From a virus (taxonomy: Duplodnaviria > Caudoviricetes), in IMG/VR virus record IMGVR_UViG_3300021057_000003, positions 1 to 50,370 of that record: a stretch of DNA of 50,370 nt; one strand, given 5' to 3'. The notes beneath the pieces were generated by a model that worked only from the letters and a program-made list of their open reading frames with translations, did not search any database and was not told the origin of the DNA. Made by a program: the position numbers and the translations under genes. Below, in pieces: positions 8,783 through 18,090 of this stretch (its first letter is position 1; each line of letters starts with the position of its first letter).

Positions 8783-9496
8783 TCAGGCCATCTCGACCAC
8801 GTTGTCCATGATCGTGTGGAGCCTGGTCGTCGTGCTCGGATCTTCTGCCACACGGCCTGCGAGTGCGAAGGTTGCGGCGTTGAAGAGACGCCACACCGAC
8901 TTGTGCCCCCAGTCGTGCATGGGGTTGTGCCACTGCCGCATGACATCGGGGATGCGCTGGAGGTTGATGATGTCCTTGCGGTACATCTCCATCACGGCGT
9001 GGTCCGCCAGCGCGTCCGAGAGCTCCTTGCCCTGGTACGTGAGGAGCTTCGCGTTCTGCGTCGCACGTTGCTCCGCCAGGGGTTCCACGAGTTCGGAAAT
9101 GAGTGCCGGAAGTTCATGCTTCACCTTCAGGGTGTGCTTGCGCTTCACCACCTGGTCGGCGACGAAGGCGAGGTTGTCACAGACGAACACGCGGGAGCCG
9201 AAGGCCAGGCCGATGGGCATGGACTTGTCGTGGCTGTTGCGGAGGCCCACCATGTCGGTGTAGTCGCCGTACGGAGACTTCAGCGTGAGGACGCCGAAGT
9301 ACCGTGCGCCGTCGCGGGTAACGCCGTGGTGCTCTTCCACCACTTCATGCCCGTAGAAGGACAGCATGTGCTTCACGATGTCCACGATCCTCGCGTGCGG
9401 AATCGGAACATGAGAAGCCGTAGCTTCAGGAGTGGGAAGCATTGCGAGTGCTTCATACTCCACTGGCTCTGCGCCAGCGTGCAAAATAAGGGACAT
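8783..9496 (-). CDS. DUF932-family protein
   Basis: PEATASHVPIPH...GLRNSHDKS...GSRVFVCDNLAF...WRLFNAAT; SD GAAAGGAG. Confidence 0.8.
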   Translation of the reverse strand: MSLILHAGAEPVEYEALAMLPTPEATASHVPIPHARIVDIVKHMLSFYGHEVVEEHHGVTRDGARYFGVLTLKSPYGDYTDMVGLRNSHDKSMPIGLAFGSRVFVCDNLAFVADQVVKRKHTLKVKHELPALISELVEPLAEQRATQNAKLLTYQGKELSDALADHAVMEMYRKDIINLQRIPDVMRQWHNPMHDWGHKSVWRLFNAATFALAGRVAEDPSTTTRLHTIMDNVVEMA

Positions 9497-9554
9497 GGCA
9501 CGCTCCTTTCAAATGAACAAAGTGCCACTACAAGTAAACCATGCCGGATGTGTA

Positions 9555-9992
9555 TTAACTAATCAGGTCAGGGTTCTCGTAGATGTTGCCTAAAACCTCG
9601 TATTGGGAGTCACTCATGCCAAATCCCATCATGAGATCACCAGCAGCATTGACTATGTTGTAGTCGCACCCTTCTGTGTCCCACTGCACCAGTCCTGTTG
9701 CTTGCAGTCTGTCTGCGCCATAGTTTCTTCGCGCTGTTCGTTGTATTTGTTCGTCCTCGTAGTTGAGTCGTGTGTCACAACGAACAACATCCCCCTCGTA
9801 AATCTCCTTCCCGTTCTTGTCCTTGAGGCCGGTGTATTGCATTACCTCGTACTCTGCGTGTAGGTCGCAGTCGCCGTTCTCATCAACGAACGGATAAGGG
9901 AAGCCCTCGTATGAAGCATCATCTAAACTGAACTCACTACCCATCTTCTTTTTCTTCTTGTCCCACGCCCTAAACTTAATTTCCCGTTTCAT
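9555..9992 (-). CDS. yopX: YopX-family phage protein
   Basis: MKREIKFRAWD...MQYTGLKDKNGKEIYEGD...EVLGNIYENPDL; start reassigned to 9992. Confidence 0.92.
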   Translation of the reverse strand: MKREIKFRAWDKKKKKMGSEFSLDDASYEGFPYPFVDENGDCDLHAEYEVMQYTGLKDKNGKEIYEGDVVRCDTRLNYEDEQIQRTARRNYGADRLQATGLVQWDTEGCDYNIVNAAGDLMMGFGMSDSQYEVLGNIYENPDLIS

Positions 9993-10077
9993 ATACACCC
10001 ACCCTACACCACACACAAAAAAATGCACACCCGAAGATGTGCATAAGTCCAGATGCCCGAAGGCCGCTGGTTCTGGG

Positions 10078-10338
10078 TCAGTCCTGGTTAGCGATGAACT
10101 CTTCCGCCCTCTCGGCCACCTTGGCAAGCGAGAGGAGGTCGGAGTGGCCGTAGCTGTCACCATCGTCTTTCCAGTTCCCTTCGCGATCCTTGTAGGACCG
10201 GGAGAAGGTCGTGTTGTAGTGCGGCTTGTCAGTGCCGTTCTTCCAGACGCTGGCTTTCACCAGGCCGATGCGGAACGTCGCAACCGGGAGCGTCTTCTGC
10301 TCATGTGCCGGTGCCGGTGCCGGGGGTGCTTTTGCCAT
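10078..10338 (-). CDS. Putative ssDNA-binding protein (PC4/Whirly-like)
   Basis: VKASVWKN...FSRSYKD..G.WK...DL..LAKVA; SD AAGGAG before ATG 10338. Confidence 0.6.
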   Translation of the reverse strand: MAKAPPAPAPAHEQKTLPVATFRIGLVKASVWKNGTDKPHYNTTFSRSYKDREGNWKDDGDSYGHSDLLSLAKVAERAEEFIANQD

Positions 10339-10409
10339 GGTGGTCTCCTTGGGTGATGGCAACTTCACTAAAGCATGGCAATCGTGCTCATGCAAAGCTC
10401 ACCTGGGGA

Positions 10410-10925
10410 TTACTTGATCTTCCGCGGCTGGTGCACTTCATCTGCCGCGAGGAAGCGGTCGATCTTGCCGTCACGGTAGACCGGGAAGACGATCCTGCCT
10501 GCGTGCGTGGACTTCGGCGGGGCGACACCGATGCCCCATGCCTTCGCATCTGCCGGCTCGATCCCGCACGCGTCGAGGAGCTCGTGCTCGGTGAGGAGCT
10601 TCGCCTGGTATGCGATCGGGTCGAAACCCTCCTTCTTCTCGGGCTTCGAGTCCAGGCTGAACTCCTTGCGGAGCGCTGCGGCCGCTTCGCCCATCTTTAC
10701 CTGCTTCACATGCGCGTAGAGGCCGGTGCAGTCACCGCCTTCCTTCTCACCGAAGCAGAAGAACTTCCCCTTCTCCGGTGTGATGGCGAGGGATCGGTGA
10801 TCCCCCTTTCCACACGGGCATTTGCACCGCTGGGTGCCTCCGTTCCCTTCGGGCTTGAGCTCCAATCCGAGGAGCTTCACCACTTCAAGGATCGGAACGT
10901 TTTCTCTGATCTGTTGAAAGTCCAC
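10410..10925 (-). CDS. CHC2 zinc-finger (primase N-terminal-like) protein lacking TOPRIM
   Basis: CPC...D.RSLAITPEKGKFFCFG...GGD; GRIVFPVY; SD AGGAGG. Confidence 0.8.
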   Translation of the reverse strand: MDFQQIRENVPILEVVKLLGLELKPEGNGGTQRCKCPCGKGDHRSLAITPEKGKFFCFGEKEGGDCTGLYAHVKQVKMGEAAAALRKEFSLDSKPEKKEGFDPIAYQAKLLTEHELLDACGIEPADAKAWGIGVAPPKSTHAGRIVFPVYRDGKIDRFLAADEVHQPRKIK

Positions 10926-10968
10926 GGCAACCTCCTATAAAAGAACTGTGCCGTGTACACACTAACAT

Positions 10969-11922
10969 CTAGCTTATGTACTTGAAAGGCTTGTACCCTG
11001 AGCGTTCCCACTCCACATTCAGAAGATTGAAGATCTCCTTCGGTGGATGGAAGATCTGTCCGAAGGCAGGAATGACATACGTGATGATGTAATCGCACTT
11101 GCCTTCGGGGTTTGTTGGCGAGGTAAATTCCTCTTTCACGTATCGTAGGAATTTCTGCCTGCGGGCTTCTGTAGTAGTGATGAATACGAACCTGGCCCGG
11201 CAATCCACCTTGAACATCTCCTTGTAGAGTTTTCCGCCGATGAGGAAGCGAGCTGCCCGGATCTTTGGGAAGTAGGCGTCGTGCCCCTCGGTCGCACGGT
11301 CGATTTCAAAGAAGTTCAAGTACCCTTTGTCAGTCTCAAGGTAGTTGATGCCGTCCGGGGTATATGCCCTTCCATCGAGCTCCATCTTCAAGGGATTTTC
11401 AAAGAGGTTCTTGAAGACGGGATGCTTCTGTCTCCTGGGCTCGGGCCAGCCAGCTTCCGCAAGGATCTGGATCTGCGATTTGAAGGGGACCGCTTCCTTC
11501 TGCGCCCAGTACTCAAAAGCTTCAGACACACAGCCGGAAAAGACCTGGTGCTTATGGTCTCCACGCATCGTGGGTGCGTAGGGGGAGAGCTTGTCTTCCT
11601 GCTTCAGGACCTCAAGTGCCTTGTCCGTGAGCTCGTGGACCAGTTCGTTCCAGCGGGGGTCGATCGTATGGAACTGCTTTGCAGGCCGGGAGAGGTAGCC
11701 TGCGCGTGCAAGCTGCGTGAGACGGTCGGTCGTTGAGCAGCGGTCGCGGTGGATGTGCTCGGTGAGCTTGTGGAGGTAGCTCGTCGTTGCCCTGCCCCCG
11801 TGGCAGTACATGAAGTAGAACCAGATCAAGTCCCGAGGCGTAAGCACAACATCATAGCCCCGCTCCTTCTGAGGAACGTTCCTTAGTTTCCGTCCTAAGG
11901 TGTCATGTGTCCGTACTTCCAT
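10969..11922 (-). CDS. Replication-relaxation (Replic_Relax) family protein
   Basis: N-terminal wHTH LTPRD...RL.QL...GYL.R; GDHKH; PD-(D/E)XK-like TPDG...FEIDRATE; RFVFITT...R; adjacent to coupling-protein ATPases. Confidence 0.75.
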   Translation of the reverse strand: MEVRTHDTLGRKLRNVPQKERGYDVVLTPRDLIWFYFMYCHGGRATTSYLHKLTEHIHRDRCSTTDRLTQLARAGYLSRPAKQFHTIDPRWNELVHELTDKALEVLKQEDKLSPYAPTMRGDHKHQVFSGCVSEAFEYWAQKEAVPFKSQIQILAEAGWPEPRRQKHPVFKNLFENPLKMELDGRAYTPDGINYLETDKGYLNFFEIDRATEGHDAYFPKIRAARFLIGGKLYKEMFKVDCRARFVFITTTEARRQKFLRYVKEEFTSPTNPEGKCDYIITYVIPAFGQIFHPPKEIFNLLNVEWERSGYKPFKYIS

Positions 11923-11972
11923 CTGGGCTTAGATACCCAGAAATACTAGCACGGTCAATGTGCGGAATGACG

Positions 11973-13613
11973 CTAATCGTCGTTCCGTGAGTCGTCGTGC
12001 TCCGGGATGATGCGCTCCACTTTATCTGCGGCGAATCGCTCTCTGTTTTCTCGGAGCAACGCTTTGAGGTCATCGCGCTTCGGGAGCCGGTCAAGCGAGC
12101 CGTACTCTACATCAATCACCGCGCTTTGCCCGCCCTTCAGGTGGGTGAAAAACTCAAGTTTCCTGAGGCCCATAAGCGCTTCAGGCTCAGTGTGCATGTC
12201 GTCCGCAAGCGCACGCGCATCCTTCGCAGAAATACCGCAGACAGCCTTAATCGAAGTGTTGGAAATGACGGAGTGTTCAACAGTCTTGGGAATCTGCCCT
12301 AACGATTGAAACGCCAAGGTGAGCCCGAGCTTGTACTTCCGCCCTGTCTCCAAGATGTTCGAGGTTTGCTCAGACATGACGGGCGCGGCCTCGTCTATGT
12401 ACAAGAAGACGGGCAGGTAGTCTCCGCCCGGATCGCGCTCCTGGATCGCTTGGAAGATGAGCGCGGTGATGAAGCGCGTAAAGAAAGCCGACCCCTCGTC
12501 CTTTAGGAAGCTGCGGGCAGTGTTGATAAGCACCACAGAGCCGTTGTCCAGAATCTCCCGCATGTTCAGCTTGGTTCTGGGAGCTGAGAACATCCTTTCA
12601 AGGGCGGTGTTTGAAAGAATCGAATAGATCCGCCTCCTGATCTGCTCACGGGTTTCCTTGAAGCCGCTCCCCATGTATTCGTTCTTGAAAAACTCCTGGG
12701 CGGTGCGTGAGAGCTTCCCAATATGCGGAGCGTGGACCTTGAATTTATCGTCGGTGAGAAGGTCGAGGAGCGTATGGATGGTCGCGTCTTCGATCACCAG
12801 GCAGAGCCGAATGAGCATTTCAAGCGGAAGTCTCTGCTTTGCAGTGACGCTGGAATCCATTGACTCCAGGACAAACAAGAGGAGTTCGACAACCGAGTTG
12901 AAGTTCTTTTCGCGTTCGTAGGCGGTGTCTCCACCAGTATTGAAGTCAAACAGGGATAGTGCGATGGGATGGTCTACATCGGTAGGATCAATGACAACTG
13001 CACGTTCACGAGGGAAGCGGACGCGAAGGATCTTGTGGATCAAGTCCCCTTGCGAATCGAATACCACCAGCGTGCAGGGCTTGCGGAGGTCTTCTGCAAT
13101 CCACGAAGAGAGAAGCTGTGTCTTCCCGACCCCAGTTCCGCCAAGTACCAGCGTGTGTTCAAGCCTGAGTGCGTCGGGTATCTCGAATTTCGGGGGCTCA
13201 GGTGGTGGTTCGGGTTCCGGCTCAGGAGGTAGCACAGGAAGTGGGGGAGGCTCCTGATTCTTCTCAAAGTACGTGATGTACTGAAACCAGCCAGAAAGAA
13301 TAAGCGCTCCAGCGGACGCACCAAACGCAAGCCATATGAGTGTTGCGTAGAACCAAGATTCCGGTGGTTTGAACTTCTCGAATGCAAGCAATGTCGAGGC
13401 GAAGATAAGTGCTGAAAGTCCGGCAAGGATATACGTCTCAAGCGAGTATGAAACTGTAGGGGGTAAGTCGTGTGGTGTTCGAGGATTGAGGAGATTAAGC
13501 TTGATGATGCGTGTCCGTTCTACCGCGACTGCTTGTCGAGCCTTGAAGAGTTTGTAGCCGTGCCAGAAAGCAAATGCTGAAGGAACAATGAGGAGTGCAA
13601 ACAAGTACAGCAC
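11973..13613 (-). CDS. VirD4/TraD/TrwB-like type IV coupling ATPase with N-terminal TM segments
   Basis: HTLVLGGTGVGKT, FDSQGD, LYIDEA, GRKYKLGLTLAFQSLGQ; SD AGGAG. Confidence 0.85.
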   Translation of the reverse strand: MLYLFALLIVPSAFAFWHGYKLFKARQAVAVERTRIIKLNLLNPRTPHDLPPTVSYSLETYILAGLSALIFASTLLAFEKFKPPESWFYATLIWLAFGASAGALILSGWFQYITYFEKNQEPPPLPVLPPEPEPEPPPEPPKFEIPDALRLEHTLVLGGTGVGKTQLLSSWIAEDLRKPCTLVVFDSQGDLIHKILRVRFPRERAVVIDPTDVDHPIALSLFDFNTGGDTAYEREKNFNSVVELLLFVLESMDSSVTAKQRLPLEMLIRLCLVIEDATIHTLLDLLTDDKFKVHAPHIGKLSRTAQEFFKNEYMGSGFKETREQIRRRIYSILSNTALERMFSAPRTKLNMREILDNGSVVLINTARSFLKDEGSAFFTRFITALIFQAIQERDPGGDYLPVFLYIDEAAPVMSEQTSNILETGRKYKLGLTLAFQSLGQIPKTVEHSVISNTSIKAVCGISAKDARALADDMHTEPEALMGLRKLEFFTHLKGGQSAVIDVEYGSLDRLPKRDDLKALLRENRERFAADKVERIIPEHDDSRNDD

Positions 13614-13622
13614 CGAAGGCTC

Positions 13623-14750
13623 CTATACCAACTGTGATTTGCACCGGCGAATGATCTTCTGCGCCTGGTGCGTGGGAAGGTAGTTGTGCCGAGGCATGAG
13701 CATCTGCTGGCGCTTGCCGTGGATCAGGGTGTACGCCTGGTGATCGGGGAGGTCTTCAAGCTGCGGATCAGTGTTTTCTTGCGTGAGAAGGAGTTTCGGC
13801 GCAAGCCTCTCCGAGTCTTCCAAGCTGGTCCTGAATGCAACGAGCCTCATGCTCGACAGTATGGTGTCCCGCTCGTCCTCGTGCAACTGGGAAAGGAACT
13901 GCACCGCAATCGTTGTGGTGAGGTGGGGACAGCGGACGAGAAGATCCCGAAGCAAGGCAGAGGGGAAGGCGTGGGCATGGTCGATGTAGACCATGGAGCG
14001 GAGTCCGCCTACTCCGGCCGCAATGAGGGAGGTGAGAACGAGCGACCCGAGCAACTTCGTGCCGCGCAACCCCAATTCACCCTCGTTCAAGGACACAAGG
14101 ACAATCTTGTCCTTGAAGACCAATTTGTTTGTCTTTTTGTCAAGGACATCACGGATCACCGGGTCGATGAAGATTGCAAGCAATCGGGACAAAATGCTTT
14201 CAGTCTTCTCGTCGCGCTTCTTATCCTTTTCGAAGATCTCCCATTCCTCAAGGACAATGCTGTCCGATACGTGCACGAGCATTTGCTTCCGATACTCATC
14301 ATCCAAGAGGAGTGTTCGGAGATTCTTGAGGGAGCCGTATCCAGCCTCAAGGATAGAAGCGACACCGATCGTGGCGTAGCGGTCAATGCGTGTGGTTTCG
14401 ACGGCTGAGGGCCAGACCCCTTTGAACATCTCCACGATGAGGGAAGTGACGAGTGCTCGCTCGGAAGTGCGGACTCCCGCTAGGGGGTTGAAGGCAAAGG
14501 GAAAGAGCGAAGGCTTGAAGAGGATGACATCCTTCTGCCGTTCCGGGGGAATGTAGTCCAGGATGACATCAATGGCGTGCCCTTTAGGGTCAATGAATAC
14601 GCCGCTTTTGCCTTTATAGATCTGGTCTAAGAAGAGCCTGATGAGCGCTTCTGATTTCCCTGTGCCAGGCACGCCAAGGAACAGTTGATTAACCCACTTC
14701 GTGAGAAGCGGGCGATATGGCGCTTTAGGGGAGTAGTAGAAGCCCAGCAT
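13623..14750 (-). CDS. Second TraD/HerA-like ATPase with degenerate Walker B
   Basis: GVPGTGKS, FIDPKG, FNPL, YIDHAH, AVQFLSQL. Confidence 0.8.
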   Translation of the reverse strand: MLGFYYSPKAPYRPLLTKWVNQLFLGVPGTGKSEALIRLFLDQIYKGKSGVFIDPKGHAIDVILDYIPPERQKDVILFKPSLFPFAFNPLAGVRTSERALVTSLIVEMFKGVWPSAVETTRIDRYATIGVASILEAGYGSLKNLRTLLLDDEYRKQMLVHVSDSIVLEEWEIFEKDKKRDEKTESILSRLLAIFIDPVIRDVLDKKTNKLVFKDKIVLVSLNEGELGLRGTKLLGSLVLTSLIAAGVGGLRSMVYIDHAHAFPSALLRDLLVRCPHLTTTIAVQFLSQLHEDERDTILSSMRLVAFRTSLEDSERLAPKLLLTQENTDPQLEDLPDHQAYTLIHGKRQQMLMPRHNYLPTHQAQKIIRRCKSQLV

Positions 14751-15102
14751 AGAGCATGTACCGTAACCTCGGTCCCCTCAAGGTGCCTGGGGACCAGGGC
14801 TTGCAGGCCCGATTAGGGTACATGCGCTGTGCTCGTTCCATGTGGAACGTGAAGAACGGTCCGTATGTATTCTACCGTGAGGAACGGGGGAATGGAGGAA
14901 CTGCCCACCGAACAGCGCCCGAGCGGAGCGCGTGGCCTTCCTACCATGAGCCCGTCCGCGGGTGAGAGTGATCTCCAGATCCGGTGGGAGGAAGGCCACG
15001 CGAGTAGCGGGCGCTGTGAGGTGGAACCTGCTAGCCACGAATAGTGGTAGAGAAGCACCCATACCTATAGGGATGGGATATGGGCACGTAAAAAGCCTCC
15101 GA

Positions 15103-15534
15103 TTAGGAGGTTGCTTCTGTCTTCTTGCCTTTCTTCGTCTCAGCGAAGGGAAGGTAGGTTCCTCGTTCACCGGACATGATCTTCTGCTCTTTCTTCAGAG
15201 CATTCAGCGTGTTGCCGATTGAACCTTCAAGGGACTTGTCACCCTTTGCTCCCATGTTTTCGAGGAGCTGAGTGCGGCTGATCCCGCTAGGGTTCTGTGT
15301 GATGAGGTCGAGTACCTGTTGCTTGATGCCGGTCTTCCGTGGGCCACGGGTTTGTTTCTTCCCACGAGTAGTGGGGAGCTTGCCCTGAAGAGCGTTCACA
15401 TACGCTTCGATGGCGACGAGCTGCTTCCTGATTCCTTCTTCCTCTTCGTCCAAGGCACGTCTGCGAGGTTCCAGGTCTTCGAGCATCTTCTGTAGACGCT
15501 GTTGCTCCTGCTCCATTTGCTTCGATAGTTCCAA
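15103..15534 (-). CDS. Coiled-coil plus winged-helix DNA-binding protein
   Basis: KQQVLDLITQNPSGISR...IGNTLNALKK; probable TTG start 6 nt after AGGAG. The longer ORF-track call overlaps the tRNA-like RNA. Confidence 0.7.
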   Translation of the reverse strand: MELSKQMEQEQQRLQKMLEDLEPRRRALDEEEEGIRKQLVAIEAYVNALQGKLPTTRGKKQTRGPRKTGIKQQVLDLITQNPSGISRTQLLENMGAKGDKSLEGSIGNTLNALKKEQKIMSGERGTYLPFAETKKGKKTEATS

Positions 15535-15583
15535 TCTCATCTCCTGGTGGTGGAGCGGGGAGTATATGTGACTTCTGAGGCTC

Positions 15584-15773
15584 TGTACATGGGGCAAGGA
15601 TTTGACGAGGATGGTCGTAAACACGGGACGTTGCAATAACGTTTGCCGCGCCACCTACTCGTATAGTCACCTTGCATTTACAGCCCAACGACCGTAAGGC
15701 GTTTCTTGTTTAAAGTGGAGACACCGGCTCCATTACTGTGCTATTTGCGTTCCTTTTACGCCACCCATGTACA
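15584..15773 (-). ncRNA. tRNA-like RNA copy 1, with expanded anticodon region and T-loop insertion
   Basis: Acceptor stem TGTACATGGG/CCCATGTACA, D-arm TGGCGTAAAAGGAACGC, T-stem GCAAGG...TCAAATCCTTGC. Confidence 0.65.
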
Positions 15774-16059
15774 CAGCCCCCGAAGGGGTGTGAGCAAAGT
15801 TCAAATCAACAATTTCTCCCCTTGCGGGGCGAGGCCGAAGCCCATTACCACTCTTGAGGAGTGGTGCTCGCAAATCGCGGGAGTTGGTCCTGGACTGAAT
15901 GTCCCTCCAACCATTTGCGAGCACCCATCCCCGAAAGGATCGGTGCAAAATTCTGTCTAGGAACTTCGCGCACGCGCGCCACCACCTTCAATGACGAAGG
16001 GGCGCGGGTACAGGATGCGCGCCTGTACCTCCGTTCCCTCACCATTGGATGATGTGCTC

Positions 16060-16527
16060 CTACAAATGGTTGACCTTTGGTTTACCTATAGGTCTGCCGC
16101 GTTTGCGGAGCATGTACTCCTGTTGCTTGCGATTCTTGCAAGTCCGACACACACGCCACGCCCTGCGGCCGCGGACTCGAATCTTCAGGTTGTCCCCGGA
16201 AAGGGGGTGTCCTGCATCACAGTGGGTAGCTCGCGCATACTTGGCTGATGGTGCCTCACCGCGCAATGTGTTCGTTTCTTGTGAAACAGGCTCCAAGTGG
16301 AGAGGATTAACACAGATTGGGTTCCTACAGAGATGGTCGATGACCTTCCCGAAGGGAATCCGTGTGTCAGTGAAGAACTCGTAGGAGACTCTGTGCGCTG
16401 GTTTTGAGGTTCCGTTGAAATGGAACTCACCATAACCATTACCCTTCTGACTTCCTGTCCAAATCCAACATGAATCTGTCTGGTCGATTCGCGTGACGAA
16501 TCTGTCTATATCCTTTCCTTGAAGCAC
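16060..16527 (-). CDS. HNH homing endonuclease (HNH_3-like)
   Basis: CWIWTG...GYG...AHRVSYE...IDHLCRNPICVNPLHLEPV...N. Confidence 0.92.
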   Translation of the reverse strand: MLQGKDIDRFVTRIDQTDSCWIWTGSQKGNGYGEFHFNGTSKPAHRVSYEFFTDTRIPFGKVIDHLCRNPICVNPLHLEPVSQETNTLRGEAPSAKYARATHCDAGHPLSGDNLKIRVRGRRAWRVCRTCKNRKQQEYMLRKRGRPIGKPKVNHL

Positions 16528-16577
16528 TCATACCAGACTACCAAATTCCCTGTGAATTTCAACTGAGGGGGTGTGGA

Positions 16578-16748
16578 TTACTTTTTCCCTATGAGGGGGA
16601 GGACGATGGCATTCAGTACCACAGCACCGATGAGCCAGGCAAGCGACCACCATGACCATGAGTAGAACGCCATGCCGATGCCTCCCGCCAAGATGATGAG
16701 GCCAACCACCATTTTGGTCATCGTGGAGTCTGTTTCTTTGTCTGTCAT
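16578..16748 (-). CDS. Small two-TM membrane protein
   Basis: Two hydrophobic segments; SD GGAG before ATG 16748. Confidence 0.6.
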   Translation of the reverse strand: MTDKETDSTMTKMVVGLIILAGGIGMAFYSWSWWSLAWLIGAVVLNAIVLPLIGKK

Positions 16749-16796
16749 GGAATGCTCCAAAAAAGAGGGAGCACTTGGCTCCCTGTTGGAATGACC

Positions 16797-16991
16797 CTAT
16801 CGGGGTCGCAAATCTAGAAGGCGCTGAATGTAGTCGTCTATCTCCTGCTCATCCCAGTAGGACATTCCGTTAGGGCCGTTGGGCTTTCCTGGTTCAGGTA
16901 GCTTTCCGGCCTTCACCCGTCGCTCCAAGGTAGCTTTGGCGATTCCGAGCTTTAAACAAACTTGCCTTTTATTTAACAGTCTGCGTGTCAT
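16797..16991 (-). CDS. alpA: AlpA-family HTH excisionase/regulator
   Basis: LLNKRQVCLKLGIAKATLERRVKAGKLPEP...WDEQEIDDYI; overlaps the integrase end; SD GGAG. Confidence 0.85.
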   Translation of the reverse strand: MTRRLLNKRQVCLKLGIAKATLERRVKAGKLPEPGKPNGPNGMSYWDEQEIDDYIQRLLDLRPR

Positions 16992-18090
16992 GCGCGATCT
17001 CCGAAGAGTCGTGCACGACGCCTTGGTAGGCGGGATTGCCACCGAAGGCACTGACGATTTTCAGGATGAATGCGCTGTAAGTCAACAATGCTTCTCGGAC
17101 TTCATCCTCATATTCGTAGCGGTTGTATGTGCGTGCGATAGGGGTGAGCGTGCCTTGGACATGGTTCAAAATCTTCTCGGTGATGTGGATGGGCACCTTG
17201 AGCCTGGCGAGGTTCGTTGAGAACGTGCGCCGGAGGTCGTGGAGCCTCCAGTTCTTCACGCCACAGAGGGCATCGAGCTTCTTCTTCTCCTCGCTCCAGC
17301 ACGGCTCTCCCAAGACGGGAAGGTGCTGTTTCATGAGCGGGGTGATCGGAAGGGTGTGGCTACGGTTGTTCTTCGTTTCCTCGAAGTGAAGGTGGGTTGT
17401 CCCTGTGCCGTACTTCGCAATCTCATTCCGACGGGCTCCAGAGAGCATGAGTACCCTGACCAGGTGGCCGTAGGGCTTGTAGTCGGTGGCGTTCCAGATG
17501 GCAACCAGCTCCTCGTCTGTGAGGACGCGTTCACGGGACTTCAGCTTGTTCGGCATGTCCACCCTGGAGAGGGGATTGACGGTCAAGATGTCCTCTTTGA
17601 CGCACCACATGAAGAAGGTGCGGAGAACCTGTTGCGCCACGTTCTGCGCCGTGTCCTTCCCTGCCAAGTCTTTCAGCTTCTCGGTTACGTCCTTGCGGGT
17701 GATGTGATCGACGCGCTTCGTGAATCCGAAGAAGTTGAGGTAGGTTTTGTAGAGGCGGAGGCTCGTTGCCTTCATTTTGTGCTTCCGAGCCTCCAGGAAC
17801 GCGTCTACGGCCTCTGGATACGGTTTTGGCGTACCAGTCGGTTTCGTGCTGGAAGACCCCGCAAAAACGATTTTTGCTCGAATGCGAGCGTCTTTGAGGG
17901 TGAGGTCGGGGTAGCGCCCGAGGGTGGTGAGCCTCCGCTCCTTCCCCGTGACCACAATGAAGGTCTTTGCGCCCCCTTGCGAGAGGCGAATGCCGAATCC
18001 ACGGAGCGTGGTGTCAAAAATGGTGAGCTGGCCCTTCTCTGGAGCCTTCAAACGCTGAATGAGCAGGTCGGTTAGTTGCGCTTTAGCCAC
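16969..18090 (-). CDS. int: Tyrosine integrase, P4-type, with arm-binding domain
   Basis: LTD..I..LK...FD..LRGFGIR...G.KTF...TLGRYP.LTL.DAR; catalytic SGARRNE, HDLRRT, LNH, Y. Confidence 0.95.
   Translation of the reverse strand: MAKAQLTDLLIQRLKAPEKGQLTIFDTTLRGFGIRLSQGGAKTFIVVTGKERRLTTLGRYPDLTLKDARIRAKIVFAGSSSTKPTGTPKPYPEAVDAFLEARKHKMKATSLRLYKTYLNFFGFTKRVDHITRKDVTEKLKDLAGKDTAQNVAQQVLRTFFMWCVKEDILTVNPLSRVDMPNKLKSRERVLTDEELVAIWNATDYKPYGHLVRVLMLSGARRNEIAKYGTGTTHLHFEETKNNRSHTLPITPLMKQHLPVLGEPCWSEEKKKLDALCGVKNWRLHDLRRTFSTNLARLKVPIHITEKILNHVQGTLTPIARTYNRYEYEDEVREALLTYSAFILKIVSAFGGNPAYQGVVHDSSEIAHDTQTVK

Noticed and set aside
8759-18075. Long + strand ORFs (8759-9562, 10305-10940, 13668-14408, 17239-18075)
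   Set aside because: They are antisense shadows of well-supported GC3-rich genes
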